Made by a program: the position numbers and the translations under genes. A DNA stretch of 64,000 bases. It comes from Nitrososphaeria archaeon. GTDB taxonomy: Archaea > Thermoproteota > Nitrososphaeria > JACIWG01. Under the pieces are notes generated by a model, which was given only the letters and a program-made list of their open reading frames with translations, had not been told where the DNA came from and did no database searches. The DNA lies in assembly GCA_963752255.1 (NCBI GenBank), contig CAVVXT010000019.1, positions 448,001 through 512,000 of the forward strand, given 5' to 3'. Positions within the stretch are counted from its first letter, which is position 1. The number at the start of each line of letters is the position of its first letter. Positions 11,229 through 21,219 of the stretch are shown here, piece by piece.

Positions 11229-12128
11229 ATGGTCAAAGTTGCATTGATCAAGGGGGAAAACAGATACGACAATATAAAGAAAGCGCTAGAAGTTATAAGG
11301 GAAGACATCTGCAAAGACATAGAAGGTAAGAAGTCTATATTATTAAAGCCGAATCTGGTTTCACCCTATAATCAGCTGTCAGCCACCCACGTTGATACGA
11401 TGAAGGCAATTCTTGATTTTATAGAGCCTTTAGCGGGTAAACAGATTACGATAGGAGAAGGTTCAGCATATGACACTCAAACTGCTTTTAAGAACTACGG
11501 ATTTAATCAGCTGCAAGGCAAGTATGACGTAAAACTTATCGATTTGAATAATGATAATTATAGAGAAATCTATGCATTTGACAGGGACTTTACCCCAATC
11601 CCATTTGAAGTCGCCCAGACAGTCTTAGACAGCGATTACATAATTTCAGCAGCTATGCTGAAAACTCATGATAACGTAATTGTGACAATGACCATCAAGA
11701 ACATGGTCGTCGGCAGCCTAGTAAGTGGCAACAAACATAAGATACATCAAGGCTACCCCGCCATCAACTTAAACCTCTATAAGCTTTCAAAGCACGTATG
11801 GCCAAAACTGTCGGTTATCGACGGCTTCACAGCCATGGAGGGAAATGGACCGGAATTCGGAGAGCAGGTTGACATGAAGATCGCTATAGCAAGCAGTGAT
11901 CCATTAGCAGCGGACACCATCGGCGCATACGTTATGGGATTTGATCCAAATGAGATAGGATACCTCCATTACTTGAAAACAACAGGATTTGGGGAAGGTA
12001 ACCTAGAAAGAATAGATGTCATAGGGGAAAACGTTGACAATATCAGAAGAAAGTTTAAACCCCATTCAAGCTATAGGGCACAAAGAGAGTGGAAAATAAG
12101 CGAAGACCTGTTAGCGAAACTCTTATAG
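11229..12128 (+). CDS. DUF362 domain protein
   Basis: LLKPNLV, LKTH..VTMTIKN, IDGF.AMEGNGP, DPLAAD. Confidence 0.85.
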   Translation: MVKVALIKGENRYDNIKKALEVIREDICKDIEGKKSILLKPNLVSPYNQLSATHVDTMKAILDFIEPLAGKQITIGEGSAYDTQTAFKNYGFNQLQGKYDVKLIDLNNDNYREIYAFDRDFTPIPFEVAQTVLDSDYIISAAMLKTHDNVIVTMTIKNMVVGSLVSGNKHKIHQGYPAINLNLYKLSKHVWPKLSVIDGFTAMEGNGPEFGEQVDMKIAIASSDPLAADTIGAYVMGFDPNEIGYLHYLKTTGFGEGNLERIDVIGENVDNIRRKFKPHSSYRAQREWKISEDLLAKLL

Positions 12129-12233
12129 CCCTGCTGTTATTCGATTAAAATAAGATCAGGAAATATTCTGTATGTAAATCAATCTTATGAGAAGATTTAT
12201 AAGAATATCCTATGGAGATGCGTCGTTAAAGTT

Positions 12234-14858
12234 ATGGGGGGGACAGAGGGGACCACTGATAAGGTTGATTCCGGACACCAACACGTAATCTTAAGCACGG
12301 AAGATTTCCTAAGTCAGCCGATCGAAGAGGTTTTCTCTAAACTTGGTACCTCAAAGTCAGGTCTTACATCAAAAGAGGCAGAAGATCGCATTAAGACCTA
12401 TGGACGAAACGAATTTGCCAAAAAAAGGAGGCGAAGCGCCCTCGAAAAATTTCTTCTGCAGTTGAAGAGCCCTCTAGTAATAATACTGCTTTTTGCGAGT
12501 CTCGTATCAGCCTTCTTTGGAGAAATAATAAATGCGGGCATAATATTCTTCATAATTTTCTTGAGTTTAATTCTTCTTTTCTATCAGGAATCTAAGGCAG
12601 AGAAAGCCGCGGAAACTCTGAAGGAAAAGGTAACCACTACAGCAACTGTGTTAAGGGATCAGATAAAACAGGAGGTGAAACTTTCTGACATCGTGCCTGG
12701 CGACATACTATTCCTTTCAGCAGGAGACATCGTACCAGCAGACGCAAGAGTATTCAGTGCAAAGGACCTATTCATTAACCAATCAGCACTGACTGGAGAG
12801 TCATTTCCTGTCGAAAAAGTAACAGCGCCCCTAGAAACAAAAAGTTCACAAATTACGGATTGGGATAATTTTCTCTTTTTAGGGACCTCGGTTGTCAGCG
12901 GGACAGCGAACGCCGTTGCAGTAAGAACCGGAAGCGCAACTGAATACGGAAAAATTTCCAAAAAGCTTGTTGAGAGAGCGCCAGAAACGGAGTTCGAGAG
13001 GGGGCTTAGAAGATTTGGTTTCTTAATAATGGAGGTAACGTTTATCCTCGTGATCTTTGTCTTTTTCATAAACGCCCTTCTTAGACAACATGTGCTTGAA
13101 GCGCTTCTTTTTTCCTTAGCCTTAGCGGTCGGTCTGACCCCTGAACTTTTACCGATGATCTTGTCAGTGAACCTTTCGAACGGTGCGATTTCGATGTCTA
13201 AGAAGGGGGTTATTGTAAAACGGTTGGCTTCTATCCAAAACTTTGGAAGCATGGATGTTTTATGCACGGATAAAACCGGTACTCTAACAGAAAACAAGAT
13301 TACACTCATAAAACATATAGATGTAGATGGAAAAGATGACGAAAAGGTACTTTTATATTCTTTTTTAAATAGCTCCTTTCAAACTGGGCTTAGAAGTCCT
13401 CTTGATGATGCAATTCTGGTATACAAAGGGATAGACATTAAAGACTACCAGAAGATTGATGAAGTTCCATTCGATTTTACAAGAAGACGTGTTTCAGTGG
13501 TTGTCGAAAATAGAAATGAGAGAATCTTGATTTCCAAAGGAGCTCCAGAAGAGATCTTCCAAGTGTGCACCTTCTGTGAAATTGAAGAAGTTAATTACGA
13601 CATGACATCTGAGTTAACAAAAGAGTTTGAGGAAAAATATTATGAACTTAGCACTCAAGGGTTCAGGGTTTTAGGGGTTTCATACAAGAGGGTAAAAGAG
13701 GAAAAAAAGGTTTACTGCGTCGATGACGAGGTTGATATGGTTTTTTTGGGTTTCATAGCTTTCATTGATCCCCCAAAAGAGACTGTGATGAAATCTTTAC
13801 AACAATTGCGCCAAGCTTCTATCGAACTTAAAATTCTAACAGGCGACAACGAAATTGTAACAAGAAAGGTCTGCGAACAATTAGGCTTCGACATTAAACG
13901 CATCGTACTCGGAAAAGAGATTTCACAGCTAACAGATGAAGCATTAGCGAGAGTCGTTGAGCAGGCAAATATCTTTGCCAGAGTGACGCCGGCTCAGAAG
14001 GGCAGAATAATTTCTGCTTTAAGAAATAACGGCCATGTTGTCGGCTTCCTAGGCGACGGTATAAATGACGCACCTTCCATGAAAATATCGGACGTCGGGA
14101 TATCCGTGGATAACGCTGTAGATGTCGCAAAAGAGTCTGCGGACATCATATTATTGCATAAAGACCTTACTGTGCTAGCGGATGGAGTTCTAGAGGGAAG
14201 GAAAACTTTCGGAAACACGATGAAGTACATCATGATGGGGACCAGTTCGAACTTTGGCAACATGTTCAGTGTCGCAGGAGCGTCAATCTTTTTACCGTTT
14301 CTGCCAATGCTTCCAATACAGATACTCCTTAACAATCTGCTGTACGATTTTTCAGAGCTTACAATACCCACGGATAATGTCGATCAAGAATACTTGAGCA
14401 CGCCAAAAAGATGGGATATCTCTTTCATACGGAGGTTCATGATAACTTTGGGTCCCATCAGCTCAATTTTCGATTTCCTGACGTTTTTCATAATGTGGTT
14501 CGTTTTTCATGCTTCTGCACCACTTTTCCAGACAGCATGGTTCCTCGAATCTTTGGCATCACAGTCTTTGGTCGTATTCGTTATAAGAACAAGGGAGACG
14601 CCGTTCTATAAAAGCAGACCTAGTAAATTTCTACTGATTAGCACTTTAGGAGTTGTTGCATTTGCACTGATACTACCGTTAACGCCTATAGGCAGGTTGT
14701 TCAAGTTCGAAGTACCACCCTTTACATTCTTCATAATATTAGCAGGCCTCCTTATCGTTTACTTAGCACTTGTTGATCTTGTTAAAAGATGGTTCTACCG
14801 ACACTACTCATATGGTCTCGAAGTAATCTCTAAGCCCAATAATGACATATATACATAG
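12234..14858 (+). CDS. mgtA: Magnesium-translocating P-type ATPase
   Basis: LTGES, AVGLTPELLP, DKTGTLT, GDGINDAP, SSNFGNMFS, NLLYD. Confidence 0.93.
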   Translation: MGGTEGTTDKVDSGHQHVILSTEDFLSQPIEEVFSKLGTSKSGLTSKEAEDRIKTYGRNEFAKKRRRSALEKFLLQLKSPLVIILLFASLVSAFFGEIINAGIIFFIIFLSLILLFYQESKAEKAAETLKEKVTTTATVLRDQIKQEVKLSDIVPGDILFLSAGDIVPADARVFSAKDLFINQSALTGESFPVEKVTAPLETKSSQITDWDNFLFLGTSVVSGTANAVAVRTGSATEYGKISKKLVERAPETEFERGLRRFGFLIMEVTFILVIFVFFINALLRQHVLEALLFSLALAVGLTPELLPMILSVNLSNGAISMSKKGVIVKRLASIQNFGSMDVLCTDKTGTLTENKITLIKHIDVDGKDDEKVLLYSFLNSSFQTGLRSPLDDAILVYKGIDIKDYQKIDEVPFDFTRRRVSVVVENRNERILISKGAPEEIFQVCTFCEIEEVNYDMTSELTKEFEEKYYELSTQGFRVLGVSYKRVKEEKKVYCVDDEVDMVFLGFIAFIDPPKETVMKSLQQLRQASIELKILTGDNEIVTRKVCEQLGFDIKRIVLGKEISQLTDEALARVVEQANIFARVTPAQKGRIISALRNNGHVVGFLGDGINDAPSMKISDVGISVDNAVDVAKESADIILLHKDLTVLADGVLEGRKTFGNTMKYIMMGTSSNFGNMFSVAGASIFLPFLPMLPIQILLNNLLYDFSELTIPTDNVDQEYLSTPKRWDISFIRRFMITLGPISSIFDFLTFFIMWFVFHASAPLFQTAWFLESLASQSLVVFVIRTRETPFYKSRPSKFLLISTLGVVAFALILPLTPIGRLFKFEVPPFTFFIILAGLLIVYLALVDLVKRWFYRHYSYGLEVISKPNNDIYT

Positions 14859-14905
14859 ATGTCCCTCAGATAAACGGGTTTCATTCAAAATCGTACGTAG
14901 GCTGG

Positions 14906-16525
14906 TTAGTGTCCTCCCCCTCCAGCACAGGCGCAAGCACAGCTTACACAAGCGCAGGCACATGCGCAGGCATGACAAGCGCATACACAGTTAGAATTAT
15001 GCTGCACTGGAGCTCGGGATTGAGCCTGTTGGGCTGGAGGTGGAAGAATATTTTTAGTAAATTGCTCTATATTAGAAACAAATTTTGAAGACGTCTGTTC
15101 AAACGACTTTGCAATAGAATCAGCGAAATCCGCACCGGGGATGCTAATTTTGCCGGCAGGTTGAGCGGTCTTCAAGTCGCTTTGTGAAGGAGCAACGTTA
15201 GGTAGATATCTGCTATTATAGTTGTACCAGCCCCATTCAGGTCCTGGAATAAAGATGATTGGAGTGAACTTCTGCTTAGTCCTATTTACATATCCATCAT
15301 CTAGCATGAGCCAAAGAAGTTGTTCGTTGAAAAGATTTGAAGCAAGCTCTGGCGTCTGCGCTTTTTCAACTTGACTCCATGCCTGCTCAACCACTGACCT
15401 ATAATGGTTCACAGTATCTTCTCTACAATAGCCCCTGACTTTATTGTCAACAGTATCTCTTAGGTTCATTATCGTCTTTGCTAGTTTTTCCTCGCTCAAG
15501 TAGCCATCAGGCTTTATCGCGTCGAGAAAACCTATTTCGTAGTACATAAGATCAGGTGGACGAGACTGAACTTTTAAATTAATACTAGGTTCAACGCCTT
15601 CGACATAGACCACTTTCTTCAAAAGTAGACCGTACAATATGGCTGTAACGACCTTAGGTGGGGGCAGCCCAAGGAGTTGAGCTGCTTCCACAGCTGTTAA
15701 ACCGGCTTTTACGCCTAGGGCTTCAATATTCATCTGGGGAGCTAAATAATTTCTCTTTCTGAGAGCGCCAAAAGCTCCGACCATAGCCAAAATAATGAAT
15801 AAAACGATGAAAGCTACGAACGCCAAGGGAATCAGGAGGGTAAAAAGATCTGATGTTCCACTATTCGCCTTATAGTTAGGCATCAAAGAAGAAGGAAAGG
15901 AGACGCCAACTTCAAACTTCTGTCCTTTTGTAAGATTATTTCTTTCCCAATACATCACAAGCCTTCCCCCTTCTTCGGTTGGAACCTGATCCCAGTTAGG
16001 AGTGTTCTTAACGTCCCCTGCTTTTGTGCCAGAAGGAAAGACGATCATTGCTCTTAGGTCAGACACTTCTGCGTCGTCGAACCAGCATGCGATAAATTTC
16101 ATACCATAGTTTCCCTTATTGTCGGCATCGTTGTAGATCATCTGCCCGACGTTTGTAAGCAGGGTGAATTCCGAAGATTCACCGACATTTATCGGCTTGG
16201 GAAGAGTCACATCCACCCGATAATTGCTACCACTACTAGCGTCTACAGCTTTCAATACTGCACCTCCTATATCCTTTGCTTCGCCAATCTTGAAGTCTCC
16301 GTTGGGTTGACCGACATAGAAACCGCTCATAACGCCTGAAGTACATGTCACCGTCATGTTGTAGAGCAGGTCGATTGTGCCGTCGCCATTAATCCAGATC
16401 TTTATGTATTCACGATCCACCTGATAAGTTAAGGGCTCGGCTGCTAGTGCAGCATTCCAAGACAGAGACACCGCTAGAAAAATTAGTGCTAAAACGGTAA
16501 ATGTGCAAATGGTTTTGTTTACCAT
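14906..16525 (-). CDS. Membrane protein with extracellular domain and a C-terminal Cys-rich (CA)n-GGGGH tail
   Basis: N-terminal signal peptide, ~190-aa beta-rich domain, TM helix (~aa 228-252), C-terminus CVCACHACACACACVSCACACAGGGGH. Confidence 0.8.
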   Translation of the reverse strand: MVNKTICTFTVLALIFLAVSLSWNAALAAEPLTYQVDREYIKIWINGDGTIDLLYNMTVTCTSGVMSGFYVGQPNGDFKIGEAKDIGGAVLKAVDASSGSNYRVDVTLPKPINVGESSEFTLLTNVGQMIYNDADNKGNYGMKFIACWFDDAEVSDLRAMIVFPSGTKAGDVKNTPNWDQVPTEEGGRLVMYWERNNLTKGQKFEVGVSFPSSLMPNYKANSGTSDLFTLLIPLAFVAFIVLFIILAMVGAFGALRKRNYLAPQMNIEALGVKAGLTAVEAAQLLGLPPPKVVTAILYGLLLKKVVYVEGVEPSINLKVQSRPPDLMYYEIGFLDAIKPDGYLSEEKLAKTIMNLRDTVDNKVRGYCREDTVNHYRSVVEQAWSQVEKAQTPELASNLFNEQLLWLMLDDGYVNRTKQKFTPIIFIPGPEWGWYNYNSRYLPNVAPSQSDLKTAQPAGKISIPGADFADSIAKSFEQTSSKFVSNIEQFTKNILPPPAQQAQSRAPVQHNSNCVCACHACACACACVSCACACAGGGGH

Positions 16526-16863
16526 TTAGGTTCCTCTGACAGTTGAGAGCTAGATCCACAGTAGGGACAGCTGATGTAAGTAATTCCCGAGACGATTTTG
16601 ATGTTCCCAATCGGAACCGGTGCAGAGCATTGAGGACATTTAACTACTTTAGTCTGTATATCGGCAGGAAGGTCAACTTGATATCTTATAGGAGACCGCG
16701 GTCGAGTAATATAGATGTAGAAGGGTATTAATAGGCCTACTAGGACGAGAACGGATCCAGGTATTATCCTAGAAGATTCGTAAACCGATGCTATCAAGAA
16801 TATTATGCCAAAGAATATCAGCACTGCAGCCAGGATAACTGCAAGAACTACCACGACCCTCAA
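16519..16863 (-). CDS. Small two-TM membrane protein with C-terminal zinc ribbon
   Basis: Two hydrophobic helices, CPQC...CPYC; its stop overlaps the start of the next gene. Confidence 0.8.
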   Translation of the reverse strand: MRVVVVLAVILAAVLIFFGIIFLIASVYESSRIIPGSVLVLVGLLIPFYIYITRPRSPIRYQVDLPADIQTKVVKCPQCSAPVPIGNIKIVSGITYISCPYCGSSSQLSEEPKW

Positions 16864-16876
16864 ATTTTTTCACCTA

Positions 16877-18220
16877 TCAAGACTGACCGCAAACATAATG
16901 GCCAGCACCATATTCGAGTGGACAGCCTGAGCCACAAGTCTTAAAGTCCGCACAGTCAACGCATTCGGAAGGAGCATACTTTCTAGTTCTCAATTCCACC
17001 GATAAAGGGTTGTTCCAGATGTCAGCCCACCTGTCGCTCAGAATATTGCCTAAGGATTTAAAGTAGCTCTGGCATGGGTAAACATCACCGTTAGGACCAA
17101 CGCACATATTCATCAGAGCCGCGCTGCAAGATTTTATGCCTAATCCCATGTTTACTGGGTCAAGTTCACAGTATCTAGTCGGAGTAAACCATGAGAAAGT
17201 CAGCCCCAACTCTTCGGCCTTGGCCTCCAGTTTAGTCAAAACTTCTTTAAGCCTTTCAATTGGAAGAGCCAACTCTTTAGATGAGGACTCTCCTCTACCA
17301 CTATAGATCAGACTGTTACAGCAAAAGCTCTTTACGCCGAGGTTCTTCAAGAATTCCATGGTCTCTAAAGCGCCATCGACGTTTAATCGCGTGAGAGTAG
17401 TATTTGTTGAGACATATATCTTAGATTCGAGAGCGTTCCTTAATCCTTCTACAGTCTCATTCCAGCTTCCAGGTGAACAAGTCATTTTATCATGTATTTC
17501 AGGGATATGAGATTCGACGGTGATCTGAACAAAATCTAAACCTGCATCGGCTAAGGACTTGACGTAGCTTTTATCTGAAAGTCTGCGACCATTTGTAATA
17601 AGACCGCTGACAAGACCCGAGTTCTGGGCGTACTGTAATAGTGTAGGCAAATCATCCCTCAAAGTGGGCTCTCCACCTGTAAAGGTAACGATAAAGATGG
17701 CTGCATCCTTAACCCTGTTAATTACCTGCATCCAATCAGAAGTTGAAAGCTCAATACCTTCTTTTGGTCCTCCAACGTAACAGTGTATGCAATCATTTTG
17801 GCATCTGAACGTCAGGGCCAGATCCATCCTAACAGGAGCCGTTGAAGGGGCACTAAATGGCTCCAAACGCCCAACACCAAGATAGGATATAGGACACACC
17901 TTCCCAGTCTTAGCTAACGTGTTAACGGTGTACAGAAAACGTTCGTGATCCTTTTTAGCTTCTTTTTTTGACACCTTGTAAACTCTTGTAATATCTTTAA
18001 CAGCATTTTCTACGGTCAGACCATTGACAAACAAGTAGGCGTGAAAAGTTGCGGTTTCATTCATGTAAAACACTGCGTTAGCGTTAACTGCAAGAACACC
18101 CTTGCCATCAGGCTCAACCCTTAGCTGAACGGACAGCCCTTTGTAGTCTCCTTTCCCCCTAAACGTGTATAGTCCAGGTTTAGCTGCTAAAGGGGACCTG
18201 CCAAAGATCCTCGAAAACAT
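16877..18220 (-). CDS. Radical SAM/SPASM protein with N-terminal PqqD/RRE-like domain
   Basis: CQNDCIHC (CxxxCxxC), FTGGEP, SPASM cysteines CSAA..GDVYPC..CVDC..CGSGC. The N-terminal segment MNETATF..AVKDITRVYKVSKKEAKKD is RRE-like. Confidence 0.9.
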   Translation of the reverse strand: MFSRIFGRSPLAAKPGLYTFRGKGDYKGLSVQLRVEPDGKGVLAVNANAVFYMNETATFHAYLFVNGLTVENAVKDITRVYKVSKKEAKKDHERFLYTVNTLAKTGKVCPISYLGVGRLEPFSAPSTAPVRMDLALTFRCQNDCIHCYVGGPKEGIELSTSDWMQVINRVKDAAIFIVTFTGGEPTLRDDLPTLLQYAQNSGLVSGLITNGRRLSDKSYVKSLADAGLDFVQITVESHIPEIHDKMTCSPGSWNETVEGLRNALESKIYVSTNTTLTRLNVDGALETMEFLKNLGVKSFCCNSLIYSGRGESSSKELALPIERLKEVLTKLEAKAEELGLTFSWFTPTRYCELDPVNMGLGIKSCSAALMNMCVGPNGDVYPCQSYFKSLGNILSDRWADIWNNPLSVELRTRKYAPSECVDCADFKTCGSGCPLEYGAGHYVCGQS

Positions 18221-18290
18221 ACAAATCTAGTTGACATAATATCATATATTTGAACTTTGTATTTAGAAGAAATACTATTTGTTGGGATAT

Positions 18291-18755
18291 TTATGACCTT
18301 GTCAGGTCAAATAGAATTTTTGAAGCTCCTTCAACGTACTTAGTACACTTATTTTCCTTTAACCCGAGTTTTTTGAAAAGAGCTCTTCCTTCTGATGTGG
18401 AAAGGTCACATTTTATTAGATTACGACATCGAACATCACCGAACTCTTTCTTGAACCTTTCATAGCATTCCGAACTCTTTGCTAAACAAAGATCATATGC
18501 GTCTTGGTCAAGCCTATCCCTCCCATACATAAGACCTATTGCCATAATTGCACCCGTCAAGGCACCGCAGACAGACCCCTTTCTGGCGATTCCTCCTCCG
18601 AAACCGGTCGCGATTCTTGGTACGATATTGCTGCTTATTTTATTAGCTTCCGTGTATCCCATCAAAACAGATTCGCAGCAGTTATAGCCTTCCCTAAAAT
18701 GTGAACTTGCCCTCTCAGAAATGTCCTCCATTCCAATCATTTTTAAGAATTTCAA
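18291..18755 (-). CDS. C_GCAxxG_C_C family putative redox protein
   Basis: GYNCCESV, GFGGG, VCGALTG, RC..L, C.KYV. Confidence 0.88.
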   Translation of the reverse strand: MKFLKMIGMEDISERASSHFREGYNCCESVLMGYTEANKISSNIVPRIATGFGGGIARKGSVCGALTGAIMAIGLMYGRDRLDQDAYDLCLAKSSECYERFKKEFGDVRCRNLIKCDLSTSEGRALFKKLGLKENKCTKYVEGASKILFDLTRS

Positions 18756-18855
18756 GTTATATATAAAAATATATATGAAATTCCAAGCATAGAAAAAATG
18801 TCTTTTCCACAGATTTTGTAAAACTTTAATATCCTAAAAGACAAAATCAGATGAT

Positions 18856-19434
18856 ATGACAGATGAAGAGCTACCTCCAGACCAGTATGAAATCCCAAAC
18901 CTCCTCAGGTGGAACATTGATCACCCCGGAATAATTTCATCGAATCCGAGGATCGATCTTGAAAAATGGATTCTAACTGTCGATGGGGAAGTCGAAAAAC
19001 CAATTAAGCTTCGATGGGGAGACTTCCTAAAACTTACATCAATAGAATCAAAAAGCGACTTTCACTGCGTGGAAGGATGGAGTGTCAGAAACTGTAGATG
19101 GTACGGCGTTAACTTCAAAACATTAGTCGAACTTGTTAAACCAGCTAAGGAAGCTAAATACGTGTTCTTCAAATGCTCAGATGGTTATACGACTTCTTTA
19201 AACCTGGAGGAGCTGCTTAAAGACGATGTTCTCCTAGCCTACAGGCTAAATGATAAGCCTCTAGACGAACCCTTTGGGGGTCCACTTAGGCTTGTAGTTC
19301 CGGACAAATACGCCTACAAGAGTGCGATGTGGGTGGAGAAGATAACCTTCACGAAAAAGAAGGAACTAGGATTTTGGGAGAAAAGAGGTTACAGCGACGA
19401 CGCCGATGTCTGGAGCAACTCACGTCTAAGATGA
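18856..19434 (+). CDS. Sulfite oxidase-like molybdopterin-binding oxidoreductase
   Basis: DFHCVEGWS, DGYTTSL, GGPLRLVVPDKYAYKSAMWV, GFWE.RGY. Confidence 0.9.
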   Translation: MTDEELPPDQYEIPNLLRWNIDHPGIISSNPRIDLEKWILTVDGEVEKPIKLRWGDFLKLTSIESKSDFHCVEGWSVRNCRWYGVNFKTLVELVKPAKEAKYVFFKCSDGYTTSLNLEELLKDDVLLAYRLNDKPLDEPFGGPLRLVVPDKYAYKSAMWVEKITFTKKKELGFWEKRGYSDDADVWSNSRLR

Positions 19435-19523
19435 ATAACGTTCTAGAATCAAAAATTTAATAACGCAATAAATGTAATCTTGCTGCAGGTATAACCCTAA
19501 CTTGCTTGTGGTGAATCATATAT

Positions 19524-20366
19524 TTGTCGTTTGAGATACAGGAGCTACTTGACATAATAAAGATAATTACGCTTGTTAGACTCGCTGATGAAGAAAATTT
19601 AGATAAGAACATCCTGAAAAATCAGTTAGATAATTATTGCTCAGGCTACATCTGTGTCGAAACAAAAGACGTTGATGAAGCGTTAAATGAATTAGGTAGG
19701 GAAGGTCTTGTTATCGAACAAAATAATGTGCTCAAACCGACGGAAAAAGGTGTCCAGCTGGGCAAAGAATGGCAAAACCTGCTTCTGAAAAAAGAGCCGA
19801 TTTTGGAGGTTGTAGCAGGTCTAACCGATGGTTCAATTGCGAGCTTAGTGGTCATACTTTCTACACTTCTTGCAGGACTGACGACTGGTACAGCAGCGTT
19901 TGCGGCAGTCCTGAGTTTAACGTCAGTAGCGGTAACGAACTTTTCAAGCTTTCTTCTAGGTGGTAGAACAGAGGATATCGCAGACCTTTTAACTCTCAAG
20001 AATCTGATGGACTACAGCCTCAGCGACATACCAGACAAGATCGAGAGAGAAAAATCGCTTAAATTGCTCGAACATATGTTCAAATTGCTGAACAAAGAGA
20101 GGAGAAGGACGAACCTGTTCGCCGCCATAATTTCAGGAGTAACCACCTTTGTTGCTGGCCTAGTACCGATAGTCACTTTTCTCACACTGCCTAAGCCATT
20201 CAACCTGATCACATCGCTGGGAGTTGTTGTTGGGATAGCGGGCTTCTTCCTAGTCAGATATAGATCCAAGAGGGCTAAGATTCACTGGGGGATAACACTG
20301 ATCGAGACAATAGTTATAATTGCAGTCGCAGTTGTTGTATCACTGCTTATAGGACACGGGTTCTAA
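19524..20366 (+). CDS. VIT1/CCC1-like membrane protein with N-terminal winged-helix-like domain
   Basis: GLTDG motif at the first TM helix, multiple TM helices, N-terminal ALNELGREGLV..LKPTEKG wing. Confidence 0.55.
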   Translation: MSFEIQELLDIIKIITLVRLADEENLDKNILKNQLDNYCSGYICVETKDVDEALNELGREGLVIEQNNVLKPTEKGVQLGKEWQNLLLKKEPILEVVAGLTDGSIASLVVILSTLLAGLTTGTAAFAAVLSLTSVAVTNFSSFLLGGRTEDIADLLTLKNLMDYSLSDIPDKIEREKSLKLLEHMFKLLNKERRRTNLFAAIISGVTTFVAGLVPIVTFLTLPKPFNLITSLGVVVGIAGFFLVRYRSKRAKIHWGITLIETIVIIAVAVVVSLLIGHGF

Positions 20367-20418
20367 AGACAAAATAAATAGATAAATATTGGTAAATTTT
20401 TCAAAAATCAATGATAGC

Positions 20419-21219
20419 ATGATAGAAGTCAAGGAGCTAAACGCAAATCTGGAGCCCCTTTTCTACGAACATATTTCGAATGATGTACCTAACTATTATT
20501 TTTTCATACTAGATTGGAAGTATAACCGGCAAGATACAAAAATATTGATAGCACAGGAAAATGGAAAAATCAGGGGAACGATGATAGTTTTTAAGAATCA
20601 AATCATCTCAATAAGGGGGAGTTTAAACGCAGCCGAATCATTATTGGACAGAATTGACTTGGATGATGTTGAAGCAAATTGCTACGAAGAACACAAATCG
20701 ATACTGCTTAAGAAATACGAACCTATGATGGAGCATAAGTTGACGTTGATGAAACTTGAAAATGTAGCCGACAGTGTCCACCCAAAATACCCTTTAACAA
20801 AGCTGGTCACAGATGATTCAGAAGAAACATCAAAAATTATAATGGAATCTTTGCCAATTCATTGGGGCCAGGTTACAGCAGAGGAAATATATTCAAGAAT
20901 AAATGAAGGTGACCCATGTTATTGCATTAAAGAAGACGACAGAATAGTTTCTGTCGCGTTGGCAAAAGAAAAGGACTTCGGGGAAACGATCGGCATAGTA
21001 GGTTACATAAATGCAGTTGCAACAGTCAAGGACTACAGGAACAGAGGATATGCTACATCGATGGTTTACTAGTTATCAAGGAAGCTCCTTGAAAGATCAA
21101 AATACGTGCTACTATCCGTATTAAGCGATAACATTCCAGCTTTTACAGCATATTCTAGAGTCGGGTTTAAACCCGTAAGAAGCTATTATTTTATGAGGGG
21201 ACATAAGATAATGGGCTAA
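20419..21219 (+). CDS. GNAT acetyltransferase interrupted by one in-frame TAG (21070-21072)
   Basis: Motif A VATVKDYRNRGYAT; after the TAG the same frame continues LSRKLL..LSVLSDNIPAFTAYSRVGF to TAA at 21217-21219. Confidence 0.75.

Noticed and set aside
14906-14990. DNA microsatellite or CRISPR-like repeat in the Cys-Ala tail
   Set aside because: Synonymous codons vary; the periodicity is at protein level and there are no spacers.
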